Assembly (NCBI GenBank): GCA_963664225.1
Contig: OY760937.1
Location: forward strand, 3,264,001 to 3,328,000
Direction: 5' to 3'
Length of the DNA: 64,000 nucleotides
Source of the DNA: Verrucomicrobiia bacterium
GTDB taxonomy: Bacteria; Verrucomicrobiota; Verrucomicrobiia; Limisphaerales; UBA1319
Shown: positions 19,182 through 29,284 of the stretch, in pieces
Layout of the letters: every line of letters begins with the position of its first letter
Numbering within the stretch: position 1 is the first letter of the stretch
Position numbers and translations under genes: made by a program
Notes under the pieces: generated by a model
Databases searched by the model: none
Seen by the model: only the letters and a program-made list of their open reading frames with translations
Told to the model about the DNA's origin: nothing

Positions 19182-20207
19182 TCAGGTTTTCGAAAAGGCA
19201 AGCCGTTTCAAAAATTGGAGCTCTTGCAGCACGCGGCCCGTGCCTTCGGCCACCGCGCTCATCGGATCGTCCGCAATATGCACGGGCAGACCGGTTTCCT
19301 CGGCCACCAGTCTCTCAATCCCGCGCAACAAGGCGCCGCCTCCAGCCAGAATAATGCCCCGATCCACCAGATCGGAGGCCAATTCAGGGGGGCATCGCTC
19401 CAAAGTCAGACGAACGGATTCCAATATGCTCGAAAGGGGTTCTTTAAGGGCTTCCCGAATTTCTTCAGAACGGACGGTTAAAGTCTTTGGAAGACCGGCG
19501 CTTAAATCGCGCCCCTTCACTTCCAAGGTCAATTCCTGTTCCAATGGATACGCTGATCCAATACGAATCTTGATTTCTTCTGCGGTGCGTTCACCGATCA
19601 TTAAATTGTAGGCTCGTTTCATGTGAGCCACGATCGTCTCGTCGAACTCGTCTCCCCCCACCCTCAAGCTCCGGCTAAAGACTATGCCCGCCAGAGAGAT
19701 GATGGCGATCTCACAAGTTCCACCGCCAATATCGACGATCATGTTGCCCGCCGGTTCATGGACAGGCAGGCCAACGCCAATGGCCGAAGCCATGGGTTGT
19801 TCGATTAAATAGACTTCCCGGGCACCCGCGTGGGTGGCCGAATCCTTCACAGCCCGTTTCTCGACTTCGGTGATTCCCGAGGGAACGGCTATCACCACCC
19901 GGGGCGCAATCAGCTTTCGATGATGCACTTTCTGGATGAAATAGCGAAGCATGGACTCGGTCACTTCGAAATCCGCGATGACTCCGTCCTTCATCGGCCG
20001 AATGGCGACGATGTTTCCCGGAGTGCGCCCCAACATGCGTTTGGCTTCCGTGCCCACAGCCAGAACGTTGGTCGTCCCGGCCTCGATGGCCACCACGGAA
20101 GGTTCCCGCAAGACGATCCCCTGGTCACGCACATACACCAGGGAGTTTGCGGTCCCGAGATCGATCCCAATATCGTTGGAAAACAGGCCTTTTAATTGTG
20201 CGAACAT
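19182..20207 (-). CDS. mreB: Actin-like MreB
   Basis: [25 protein letters not shown]. Confidence 0.98.
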   Translation of the reverse strand: MFAQLKGLFSNDIGIDLGTANSLVYVRDQGIVLREPSVVAIEAGTTNVLAVGTEAKRMLGRTPGNIVAIRPMKDGVIADFEVTESMLRYFIQKVHHRKLIAPRVVIAVPSGITEVEKRAVKDSATHAGAREVYLIEQPMASAIGVGLPVHEPAGNMIVDIGGGTCEIAIISLAGIVFSRSLRVGGDEFDETIVAHMKRAYNLMIGERTAEEIKIRIGSAYPLEQELTLEVKGRDLSAGLPKTLTVRSEEIREALKEPLSSILESVRLTLERCPPELASDLVDRGIILAGGGALLRGIERLVAEETGLPVHIADDPMSAVAEGTGRVLQELQFLKRLAFSKT

Positions 20208-20376
20208 GAACTGTGCCTAAAACATCGCCAACTTATGGAAGTTCGCACGCCAGGGTCAAGTTAATAAGCAAAACAAATGCAAAACTTTCGCAACCCTGCC
20301 TTTTAACCCGAAATCCGAAATAAGAAGAGTTCAGATGATTGCGTCAGATGGGCCGTTCCTGTTTCCGAAATCGGTT

Positions 20377-23247
20377 TTAACGCTCCCGCGCAGCCGTTCC
20401 CCACACGTCCACTCGCTGGCCCAAGGTGTCGCCGGGCAAAATCACGCCAAACCAGGGTTCGTTGATGTTGGACACACGCCCCTTCCATGTCACCGTGCGC
20501 GTCTCGATGGGGTTCAAATCCAACGACTTGGTCTCGCCATCGACGATCAGATTGGTCGTCCGCAGATGGAATTGATGATTGCCGTGGCCTCGGGTGTTAA
20601 CGTTAATGGTCACTTCTCCGGCTTGCGAGGTGGTGCTGGTGGCTTCGACCGTGAAGGTTTCCCTCAAATCCAGATAGCGTCGGCTGCCCGGTAGCACCGT
20701 AATCGTCTGGCTGCGTTCGCCATGCGTGATCCGGTAGCGGCCCTGGGGCACTTCAATGACAAATTCCCCCGATTTTTGATTGGCGGCGGTCGAATAAACC
20801 CGCCCGGTCTCCACTTCGGTGAATTCGACCATCCGGTTGATGTCGGACCGACCCACGCCCGAAACGACCGCCGGACCGTTCAGGTCGATCATCAGCGAGA
20901 GCCATCGACTCGAGGGATGCACCCAAACCTCCTTATAATTGTAGCAATTTGCCGCCGGCCAGTAAGGTTTATCGTTATTGGCCCGCGTTTCGATGCCTAC
21001 CGGCAGGGAACCGGCCATATCGCCGGACAGCGCGGTGTATTGGGGCGCATAATCGTAACCTTCGCCGTACATGGTGCTCTGGGCGAATGGATTGCGACCC
21101 ACAACCCATTGCAATTCCAACTGGGCCAGCGCGCCCGAATCCAGATCGCGCCGGAGTTGCGCCGCTGTGGAAAGCGCCTTGGTTTGGGAAAGGGTCGTGC
21201 CGTGGTTGCCCCGGAAGGAGGTCCAGGCGGGGAACATTTTCAAATAATACCGGCTGCTCAACGAAAAGCCGTTGCGCACTTGTTCCTGATACCAGGGTTC
21301 CTTGTTTTCCTCCAAATCGTAAATCCCGCTGGGAATCATTCCGTAAGGATCGGTGTAACGCGCGGTGGCCTTCAGGTATTCCGAATACAGGGCCACGGCG
21401 GAATACCATTGCATCCATTGGGCTTCATTGGGAAAGGTCAGGCAAAGATCCGAAAGGGCGGTGATGGCCGCCTGGTCGTGTCCCCGATGGGTGTAATGCA
21501 GGAGATGGTCCCGCTGGGGTGTGGTGTAAAAATAACCCGCCAGCGGCACGCGCCAGGGTTGGTATTCCCGTTGCTGGCATTTAAGAATCACCTCGGCCAG
21601 TTCCATCGCCTTGGCGGCATATTTTTTCTCCTGCGTGGCGTGATAAAGTTCCATCGACGCCCCGGCTCCGGCGGCCGCCAGTTCAAGATTGGGCGCCCCC
21701 AGTTTTTTCAACGCAAATTCCCAATCCTCCTGCGCGGCCTGAAGGCAACGGGCGGACAGCGCGGGATCGCGATCCCGGAAAAAGGCCGCCGCCAGGGCTT
21801 CGGTGGAGGCGCCGGTAAAACTCTCGAACGGGCTGTCGTGAACATCCCCCTGCGTATCGTCCACGGTGCCCATGATGCCGTCCGTCCAGTAATCCATCGT
21901 GGCCCAGGTGACGCGCGACCCATCGCCAAACCGGGTCTTCAACACCCAGTCCAGGCCCCAGCGCGCTTCCTCCACCAATCGCCGGGCCAGTGGATCCTGA
22001 TTTGCGGCAACGCGCTCGGCGGCAGTTTGTTTTGCGTCTTTCTTCAGTGCCGGTCTTTGGAGCAATGCCGCGTTTTGATTGAGTTGATCGGCCAGGGCCA
22101 GCATGGCGTAAGTGGCTTCAGCGGTGTTGATCAAACCCTGGGAAAGGTCTCCGGCATCGTGCCAGCCGCCATTGATGCCGATGTTCTTTCCATTATGCGC
22201 GGCCTGCCAGTCCTTGTGGCAGACATCGTGAATGCCCGCAATCGCGGCGCCGCAGCGTTCGCAGTAGAAAAAGTTAATCGTCTTCCAGATGGTCTCGCGC
22301 CAGACGTCGGCGCTGATGCGAAACTCGGAGGTCACCACCGAACCGGCCTTGATGACATATCGGCCCGGCTCGCGGATGTCGGAGAAATCCAGCTTCTGAT
22401 GCGTGCCCACAGCCGTGGCCACCGTGCGCACCGGACGCCTGGCCACGGTGACGCCCGTGTCCAGATTGATGACCTCGAAGTATTCGGATTTCAAATCACT
22501 GCCCAAAGCGCTCTTGGGCCCGCCCGCCTCGTATCCCGTGGTGCTGAAGGCGATGGCGCCGGGCTGAACAGTCCACCCCTCATAATGATCCTCCACCACC
22601 TGCTGGAGTTCCAGCCGGTCGATGTCGTAGCAAACCTGCGTGGCCGCACCCGGCTCATTGCCTTGCAGGCGGTAAATGAAACTCACCCCCGTGACCCTGT
22701 CCCGGGACAAATGCGGAATTTCCCAGAGCACCTGGTTCCATTGGTTGGGCTTGAGGAGGAAGAAATTCAGGCCTTCGCGACCATAGGCATCGGGCACTTT
22801 GACCTCCCCGTCGTTATGCAACACGACCAGCATGGAGATGACCTTGAACCCCGGCAGTGTGGGATAAACCCAGAAAGAAAGGCGGTTGTAGGCGCTCCAG
22901 TCCTCGTTGTCCACATTGCGCCGGACCTCCGCCTCGCCGAAGGGACGGCCGGTGACGGTGCTGGGCTTTGGGCCGACGGTTGGGGAGGTCAGCCGGATGG
23001 ATTGCGCGCCGTCGCGAGTGCGCTCCGTGGTGAAACTTATCGCCCCAAATCCGTTGTGGATCCAGTGGGCCGGGGTTTCCATATCGTCCACCAGACGCGA
23101 GGCGATCACGCCCTTGGCTTCCATCCAGCGGGTGGGCGCGGCGTTGGATTCGTTGATTTGCATGGGCATGGCGGGCGGCATCTCCCATTCCCGTGCCTGC
23201 ACCCCCCATACACACAACCCCAATAAAAAAACCAAAATACTTGCCAT
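20377..23247 (-). CDS. Secreted glycoside hydrolase family 9-like protein
   Basis: Signal peptide, Ig-like domain, GGWHDAGD, GRNP and NYKEVW. Confidence 0.85.
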   Translation of the reverse strand: MASILVFLLGLCVWGVQAREWEMPPAMPMQINESNAAPTRWMEAKGVIASRLVDDMETPAHWIHNGFGAISFTTERTRDGAQSIRLTSPTVGPKPSTVTGRPFGEAEVRRNVDNEDWSAYNRLSFWVYPTLPGFKVISMLVVLHNDGEVKVPDAYGREGLNFFLLKPNQWNQVLWEIPHLSRDRVTGVSFIYRLQGNEPGAATQVCYDIDRLELQQVVEDHYEGWTVQPGAIAFSTTGYEAGGPKSALGSDLKSEYFEVINLDTGVTVARRPVRTVATAVGTHQKLDFSDIREPGRYVIKAGSVVTSEFRISADVWRETIWKTINFFYCERCGAAIAGIHDVCHKDWQAAHNGKNIGINGGWHDAGDLSQGLINTAEATYAMLALADQLNQNAALLQRPALKKDAKQTAAERVAANQDPLARRLVEEARWGLDWVLKTRFGDGSRVTWATMDYWTDGIMGTVDDTQGDVHDSPFESFTGASTEALAAAFFRDRDPALSARCLQAAQEDWEFALKKLGAPNLELAAAGAGASMELYHATQEKKYAAKAMELAEVILKCQQREYQPWRVPLAGYFYTTPQRDHLLHYTHRGHDQAAITALSDLCLTFPNEAQWMQWYSAVALYSEYLKATARYTDPYGMIPSGIYDLEENKEPWYQEQVRNGFSLSSRYYLKMFPAWTSFRGNHGTTLSQTKALSTAAQLRRDLDSGALAQLELQWVVGRNPFAQSTMYGEGYDYAPQYTALSGDMAGSLPVGIETRANNDKPYWPAANCYNYKEVWVHPSSRWLSLMIDLNGPAVVSGVGRSDINRMVEFTEVETGRVYSTAANQKSGEFVIEVPQGRYRITHGERSQTITVLPGSRRYLDLRETFTVEATSTTSQAGEVTINVNTRGHGNHQFHLRTTNLIVDGETKSLDLNPIETRTVTWKGRVSNINEPWFGVILPGDTLGQRVDVWGTAARER

Positions 23248-23311
23248 ATACCAATCAATTGTAACTAAAGAAAATTAATCCGCATTTCCATTATAGCACA
23301 AACCGGGGAAC

Positions 23312-24088
23312 TCAGGAAGGAAGGTTGTGTGCGGAAGCTCCGCGCACCTCGTCCGCCCAGTCGCTCACCGCCGCGCGCATTTGCACTCCGGCGTTCAATT
23401 TGGGCTTCACGAAACGCGGGGTGAACCAGGGGAAAGTGCCCACCAAATCCTGCGTCACCAGAATCTGCCCGTCGCAGTCCGGCCCCGATCCGATGCCGAT
23501 CGTGGGAATGGAAATCGCCCGGGTGATGTCCCGCGCCACAGGCGGCGTCACCAGTTCCAGCACAATGGCAAACGCCCCGGCATCCGTCAAAATCCGCGCA
23601 TCCTCGAGGAGGGCGTCCCGTTCCCGGTCCACCTTGCCTTTGATGTGATAACCGCCTTCCAGAAGCACGCTCTGGGGCAGCATTCCCAGATGGCCCAGGA
23701 AGGGAATGCCCGCTGTCACAATCGCGCGCACCTGTTTCTCAATCGTTTTGCCGCCCTCGGCCTTCACCGCCTCCGCCCCGGCCGCCACCAGACGCCGGGC
23801 ATTGGCCACCGCATCCTCCACGGTGTCGTAACTGTGAAACGGAAAGTCCGCCGCCAGCAGCGCCTGCGGCTTGGCCCGCGCCGCCGCTCGCACATGATGC
23901 TCCATCTCCGCCATCGTCACCCAGGTGGTGTCCGGATAGCCCAGCACCACCATTCCCAGGGAATCCCCCACCAAAATCAGGGGAATGCCCGCCTCGTCCA
24001 GCAACCGGGTCATGGGATAATCATAAGCGGTCAGGGACGCAATGCCCTGGCCCTTCATCTTCCGAATTATTTCCGCCGTAATCTTCAT
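23312..24088 (-). CDS. panB: 3-methyl-2-oxobutanoate hydroxymethyltransferase
   Basis: LTAYDY, LVGDSLGM, GIGSG, DGQILV. Confidence 0.97.
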   Translation of the reverse strand: MKITAEIIRKMKGQGIASLTAYDYPMTRLLDEAGIPLILVGDSLGMVVLGYPDTTWVTMAEMEHHVRAAARAKPQALLAADFPFHSYDTVEDAVANARRLVAAGAEAVKAEGGKTIEKQVRAIVTAGIPFLGHLGMLPQSVLLEGGYHIKGKVDRERDALLEDARILTDAGAFAIVLELVTPPVARDITRAISIPTIGIGSGPDCDGQILVTQDLVGTFPWFTPRFVKPKLNAGVQMRAAVSDWADEVRGASAHNLPS

Positions 24089-24300
24089 TACATTAACCGA
24101 CCAAGCATCCTACCGTGCAGCGGTTGAAACAAGAGGAAAGTGGAGGGGGACCCTTTGTTGGGTGCAGGACAAAATTCAGGAATCTGCTAAAAGCCTAAAC
24201 CGTATGAACCCAGCCAGAACGCCAGTCGGCGGTGTGGGGCATTAAGTCCGGCGCGGTGGCAGCTCCTAAAGCGTGCAAAAAATCCAGGGCTCGCAATACT

Positions 24301-24335
24301 CCTCCTTCTCCTGGGGGAGAAGGTGGGGATGAGGG
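24301..24335. repeat. Isolated CCTCTCC/GGAGAGG-type palindrome
   Basis: ccttctcctgggggagaagg followed by ggggatgaggg; similar style to 33860-33895 and 37741-37765. Confidence 0.5.
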
Positions 24336-24499
24336 CGGTCGTCCTTTCATATCTGACTTTTGCCGGACCCTCAATCGGCTCCCGTCCATTCCCGAAACTC
24401 TAGCTGTTTTTGTTTCGTATATACTCAAATGCCCTTTTAAAGGTCTTTTTCGCTTGCCGAAGAATTCTGTCATGCACCCCCCTTTGTTCCATCAGGTTT

Positions 24500-25423
24500 T
24501 TATCGTGCGCCCCCCACTGCAAGCGCATCACGCAGCGCGCCTTCGAGTGTCGGATGCAAAAACTCGAAACCGCCCTGAAGCAATCGCGCCGGTTGCGCCC
24601 TCTGGCTCGCCAGCAGAAGCCCATCGGCCATCTCGCCCAACACCAGTCGCAAAGCAAAAGCCGGTGCCGGAATCAATGCGGGCCGGTGCATCACCCCCGC
24701 AAGTATCCGGGTGAACTCCCGGTTGGTCACCGGCTCAGGCGCGCAGGCGTTAACTGGCCCCTGGTATCGATCAGACTCCACCAGCCGCAGAATCACCCGC
24801 GGCACATCCTCCAGCGCGATCCAGCTCCAGTATTGACGGCCATGGCCCATGCGTCCGCCCAGACCGAGCCGAAATGGCGTCAGCATCTGCGGCAGCGCGC
24901 CGCCCCGGCCATCGAGCACCATCCCCAGCCGCATGCGCGCCACGCGAATCCCCGCCGCACTCGCCGGTGCGGTCGCATCTTCCCACGCCTGCGCCACCTC
25001 CGCCAGAAATCCAGTCCCTTGAGAACTTTCCTCGGTCAACACCTCCGCCCCGCGGTCCCCGTAATATCCCAGACCTGATGCGCTCACGAGGACCTTTGGC
25101 GGGCGGCTCCATTCAACCATTTTCTCGCACAAAAACCGCGTGCCCACACGGCGGCTTTCGAGGATTTGTCGTTTCTTCGTCTCCGTCCATCGACCCGCGA
25201 TATTTTCCCCCGCCAGGTGAATGACCGCGTCAAAAGAAGAGTCGGAATCGATCCTGCATTGGCCTTGCTCCGGATCCCACCAGCAACCCGCAAGCGTCTG
25301 CCCTCCCTTGGTGCGCCGCAACGGCGTGACGCGATGTCCCAGCGACTCCAGATGAGCCGTTGCCGCCCGTCCGATGAACCCGCTCGCGCCGGTCATTAAA
25401 ATATGAAGCGATTGCTCCGCCAT
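24500..25423 (-). CDS. NAD-dependent epimerase, TIGR01777/YfcH family
   Basis: TGASGFIG, HLAGENI, GLGGRMGHG, SWIALED; start set at MAEQSL. Confidence 0.92.
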   Translation of the reverse strand: MAEQSLHILMTGASGFIGRAATAHLESLGHRVTPLRRTKGGQTLAGCWWDPEQGQCRIDSDSSFDAVIHLAGENIAGRWTETKKRQILESRRVGTRFLCEKMVEWSRPPKVLVSASGLGYYGDRGAEVLTEESSQGTGFLAEVAQAWEDATAPASAAGIRVARMRLGMVLDGRGGALPQMLTPFRLGLGGRMGHGRQYWSWIALEDVPRVILRLVESDRYQGPVNACAPEPVTNREFTRILAGVMHRPALIPAPAFALRLVLGEMADGLLLASQRAQPARLLQGGFEFLHPTLEGALRDALAVGGAR

Positions 25424-25461
25424 GACACTTTGCCAATCCCTTGCCTCCTGCGCCGTCACCG

Positions 25462-25640
25462 CCACTCGTAGCGCCGACTTCCAGTCGGCCACAACCCATA
25501 TTTTCCTACGTCAGAATCGCAAATTTGCAATCGACCGCCCACTCGTAGCGCAGGCTTCCAGCCTGCCGTATCGCCGACTTCCAGTCGGCACCAGCCCACC
25601 TTTTCCTACGTCAGAATCCCAGATTTGCAATCGACCGCTC
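25462..25640. repeat. GTAG-type REP cluster with internal duplication
   Basis: gtagcgccgacttccagtcggc; gtagcgcaggcttccagcctgc; ttttcctacgtcagaatc...tttgcaatcgaccgc twice. Confidence 0.8.
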
Positions 25641-25710
25641 GTTCGTGAATTCGCCGTTTACCCGCGGAGTTTTGTTCCCACCCGCGAATATCACGCCCAC
25701 TAGCCCCAAC

Positions 25711-26784
25711 TCACGGAACCATTCCCGAGAACTTGAGCACTTGCAGGCCCACGTAGCCCAGAAATCCGGTGACAGGCAGTGTGAGCACCCAGGTCCACAC
25801 CATGCGCTCGACAATGCCCCACTTGACCGCGCTGAAGCGTTTGGTGGCTCCCACGCCCATGATGGAGGAGGAGATGACGTGCGTGGTGGAGAGTGGAATG
25901 CCCATGTGGCTGGCCACTTGAATGACCGTGGCGGCCGTCGTTTCCGCGGCGAAACCATGGATCGGCTGCAGCTTGACCATTCTATGGCCCAGCGTGGCAA
26001 TGATGCGCCACCCGCCCACCGCGGTTCCTGCCGCCATGGTCAGGGCGCAGATCACTTTCACCCAGCCATGCACCTCGAACTTGGGGGTTTTGAGAAAATC
26101 GAGCCATGCGGGCAATTGATCGAAGGTTCCCGCGTTGGTGGCGGTAAAAAGGCCCAGCGCGATGATCCCCATGGTTTTTTGGGCGTCGTTGCCGCCATGG
26201 CTGAACCCCATGAAACAGGCGCTCACAATCTGCAGTTTGCCAAACAACATGGTGATCGTATGGGGCGCCCACTTGCGCAGGAGCAGGATGAGAAATCCCA
26301 TCAGGACGAACCCAAGCACAATGCCGCACAAGGGCGAGGTGATCATGGGAATGACCACCTTGGTCCACAGGCCCTCGGTTTTATGGGTCGTGGCGTTATA
26401 GACCGACCAGTGGATCACCGACCAGTTGCCTCTCGCCGAGGCCAGCGTCGCCCCGCACAGCCCGCCGATCAGCGCGTGGCTCGAGCTGGAGGGCATTCCA
26501 AGCCACCAGTTGAGCACTCCCCAGATGATGGCCGCCATCAAGGCGCAAAGGATCGTGGGCAACGTGACAAACTGGGTGTCCACCATTCCCTTTCCAATCG
26601 TCGTGGCCACCGCCGTGCCGGTGAACGCGCCCAGCATGTTGAATAGGGCCGCCATGATCACCGCCTGCCGCGGCGTCAGAACCTTGGTGGAAACAACCGT
26701 GGCGATGGAATTGCCCGTATCGTTCGAGCCGTTGATGTACTCGAACACCAGCGCCACTACCAGAACGCACAAGATGAGTATCAT
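25711..26784 (-). CDS. pit: PiT-family inorganic phosphate transporter
   Basis: NGSNDTGNSIAT, PSSSSH, HGGNDAQKTMG, PLSTTH. Confidence 0.95.
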   Translation of the reverse strand: MILILCVLVVALVFEYINGSNDTGNSIATVVSTKVLTPRQAVIMAALFNMLGAFTGTAVATTIGKGMVDTQFVTLPTILCALMAAIIWGVLNWWLGMPSSSSHALIGGLCGATLASARGNWSVIHWSVYNATTHKTEGLWTKVVIPMITSPLCGIVLGFVLMGFLILLLRKWAPHTITMLFGKLQIVSACFMGFSHGGNDAQKTMGIIALGLFTATNAGTFDQLPAWLDFLKTPKFEVHGWVKVICALTMAAGTAVGGWRIIATLGHRMVKLQPIHGFAAETTAATVIQVASHMGIPLSTTHVISSSIMGVGATKRFSAVKWGIVERMVWTWVLTLPVTGFLGYVGLQVLKFSGMVP

Positions 26785-26802
26785 GGCTGATGGTGGCTTG
26801 CC

Positions 26803-27432
26803 TTAGGAGTGCTTCAACACGATATGAAAAACGATGTTGCCCGCGTCCCGGCAGCGGTCGATGACTTTCTCCAGCAGTTCGTACAGGTTCCGCAGGATGA
26901 TCACGCGCATCGGCTCATATTTCCCGCTGTAAAGCTCCTTCAGCAGTTCCAGCATCAGATTGTCGGCCTCGCCCTCGAGGAATTGCAGCCTCTCGTTTTG
27001 GTCCTTCGTCGTTTCCAGCTTGGGCTGCTTGCGCAGATCCTTCACCATTTGATGCACCGCGCTGGTGCATTGGGCCAGCAGTCGGGTCTGGCGTCCGAAA
27101 TCCTCCCCTTTGAGCCATTGCTGGCACAGCAGCAGCCGCTCGCCAAATTTCTCGACCGTCTTCGGTATCTTGTAAAGGGCGCTGGAAAGGGCTTCGATGT
27201 CTTCCCGCTCCAGCGGGGTCACAAACGTCTTGCACAGTTTCTCGGCAATCTCCTCCGTGATCTTTTTGTCTTTGCGGCGGGCCTGGATGAAATCGGCGAG
27301 GCCCTTCTCCACATCCTGACTCTTCAACATCTCCGTCAGCGCTTCGACGCTCCGGCACGACTGTTCGGCGCTCGCTTCGAGCATGTCGAAGAATTTGCCA
27401 TCCGAACCTAACAAGTGTTGCAGGGAAAACAT
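26803..27432 (-). CDS. DUF47 Pit accessory (PhoU-like) protein
   Basis: TFVTPLEREDI, LEGEAD; directly upstream of pit. Confidence 0.92.
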   Translation of the reverse strand: MFSLQHLLGSDGKFFDMLEASAEQSCRSVEALTEMLKSQDVEKGLADFIQARRKDKKITEEIAEKLCKTFVTPLEREDIEALSSALYKIPKTVEKFGERLLLCQQWLKGEDFGRQTRLLAQCTSAVHQMVKDLRKQPKLETTKDQNERLQFLEGEADNLMLELLKELYSGKYEPMRVIILRNLYELLEKVIDRCRDAGNIVFHIVLKHS

Positions 27433-27632
27433 ATTCCCTCTTTTGTCACCGAATCGTAACAATAAAGCACGCAAATTCTGACTCTTCAGGCACCGTTCTT
27501 GCTGGCATGCCCGTTCTCCAAGTCTTCACCAAGGCCCGTTCCTGACCCAGGCGGTCCCTTTGGGCATGGATCTTCTTTCGGGATTGGTGTGTGAGAAATG
27601 CGCCTTGATGAAAGTTATTCTTAACGAAGAAC

Positions 27633-27661
27633 AAAAAAAGCACCGGGATGAAGCCCGGTGC
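27633..27661 (-). terminator. Ferritin terminator
   Basis: gcaccggg-cttcat-cccggtgc then T7 on the minus strand. Confidence 0.8.
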
Positions 27662-27697
27662 TAATCCGAGACCGTAAGCTCTCAGCAGAGCGGAGCC

Positions 27698-28195
27698 TTA
27701 GCTCTGCCCGCGTTTGCCGGCGTGATGGTCGAGTTGGAAAAGGCCGTTGCGGTTGTCGCCCACAAGTTCCAGTTTGACGACCAGATCCCCGACATTCTTT
27801 TCCTCTTCCACCTGTTCGTCCAGGAACCACTTCAGGAAGGACTGCGTGGCGAAATCCTTCTCCTCGCCCGCCAGTTCAAAAAGCGCGGAAATCGAGGCCG
27901 AAACCTTCTGCTCGTGGGCCAGGCTCGTCTGGAAGGCCTCCAGCACCGACTTGTATTCGCTCTTGGGTTCGGCTACCGCCTGGAGCTTGATCTTGCCGTT
28001 GCGCTCGGCGATGTATTTGAAGAATTTTTTGGCGTGCTCCAGCTCCTCCGAGTATTGGACTTCCATCCACTTCGCGAAGCCGGAGAACGGGGTCTGTTCG
28101 AAATAGGCTCCCATGCCCAGATAAACATAGGCCGAGGAGAATTCGAGGTTGAATTGGTTGTTCAGCGCCTTTTCTATTTTAGGAGATAATTTCAT
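27698..28195 (-). CDS. ftnA: Non-heme ferritin
   Basis: NLEFSSAYVY, EELEHA, FLKWFLDEQVEEE. Confidence 0.95.
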   Translation of the reverse strand: MKLSPKIEKALNNQFNLEFSSAYVYLGMGAYFEQTPFSGFAKWMEVQYSEELEHAKKFFKYIAERNGKIKLQAVAEPKSEYKSVLEAFQTSLAHEQKVSASISALFELAGEEKDFATQSFLKWFLDEQVEEEKNVGDLVVKLELVGDNRNGLFQLDHHAGKRGQS

Positions 28196-28300
28196 TCGCC
28201 GAAGCCTATCACAAAAAGCGGTTTTTTGCAAGGAGACAGAGATGATTAAGACCCGGTATTTTCTGGCCATAAAAGCACAATAAACCGGCGCTGGCCGCAT

Positions 28301-29059
28301 GTGTCTTCGGTGCGCCGGTCTCCAGACCGGCTTACGGTGTTCTCGAGCCCAATGTTTTCAAACACACCGTGATCCCCGCACGCCGGTGTCTTCGGTGCGC
28401 CGGTCTCCTGACCGGCTTAGCGTGTTCTCGAACCCAACGTTTTCAAACACATCGTGATCCCCGCATGCCGGTCTTCGGAGCGCCGGTCTCCTGACCGGCT
28501 TACGGTGTTCTCGAACCCAACGTTTTCAAACACACCGTGATCCCCGCATGCCAGTCTTCGGAGCGCCGGTCTCCTGACCGGCTTACGGTGTTCTCGAATC
28601 CAACGTTTTCAAACACACCGTGATCCCCGCATGCCGGTGTCTTCGGTGCGCCGGTCTCCAGACCGGCTTACGGTGTTCTCGAACCCAACGCTTTCAAACA
28701 CATCGTGATCCCCGCATGCCGGTGTCTTCGGTGCGCCGGTCTCCAGACCGGCTTACGGTGTTCTCGAACCCAACGCTTTCAAACACATCGTGATCCCCGC
28801 ATGCCGGTGTCTTCGGAGCGCCGGTCTCCTGACCGGCTTACGGTGTTCTCGAACCCAACGTTTTCAAATACACCGTGATCCGCGCATGCCGGTGTCATCG
28901 GAGCGCCGGTCTCCAGACCGGCTTACGGTGTTATTGAACCCAACGTTTTCAAACACACCGTGATCCCCGCACGCCGGTGTCTTCGGTGCGCCGGTCTCCT
29001 GACCGGCTTAGCGTGTTCTCGAACCCAACGTTTTCAAACACATCGTGATCCCCGCATGC
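28301..29059. repeat. Tandem array 2: 9 copies of the same 85-bp unit (two intervals are 83 bp)
   Basis: gtcWtcgg anchors at 28303, 28388, 28471, 28554, 28639, 28724, 28809, 28894, 28979; same orientation as array 1. Confidence 0.97.
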
Positions 29060-29211
29060 TAGTTCTGCCGTTGCCTCAACGCCGTTTAAGAATCAGCCCA
29101 CTGCCATGGCTGTTTTCCACACTCCTGATTTTTGTCATGCACCCGCATCTGTCTTCTGGCCGAAAAAAGCCGCCAAAACGCCGCTGGCCACACGTGTATG
29201 TGTCTCACATG

Positions 29212-29234
29212 GTTACAAAACCGTAACATTTCAC
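29212..29234 (+). promoter_or_regulatory. Putative OmpR/PhoB-type direct-repeat binding site
   Basis: gttacaaaaccgtaacatttcac; half-sites 11 bp apart; 19/23 identical to 31996-32018. Confidence 0.6.
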
Positions 29235-29284
29235 TTTCGTCGAACGTGTATTTTCCAGGGATGTCTCTATAATGACCGCGACGA

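Noticed and set aside
20722..23226. 834-aa ORF on the + strand
   Set aside because: Antisense shadow of the GH9 gene, expected in high-GC coding DNA; no motifs.
28960..29226. Small ORFs starting in the arrays (also 9261-9455 and 7611-7814)
   Set aside because: Translations of repeat and tail DNA; they diverge in frame between the two loci.
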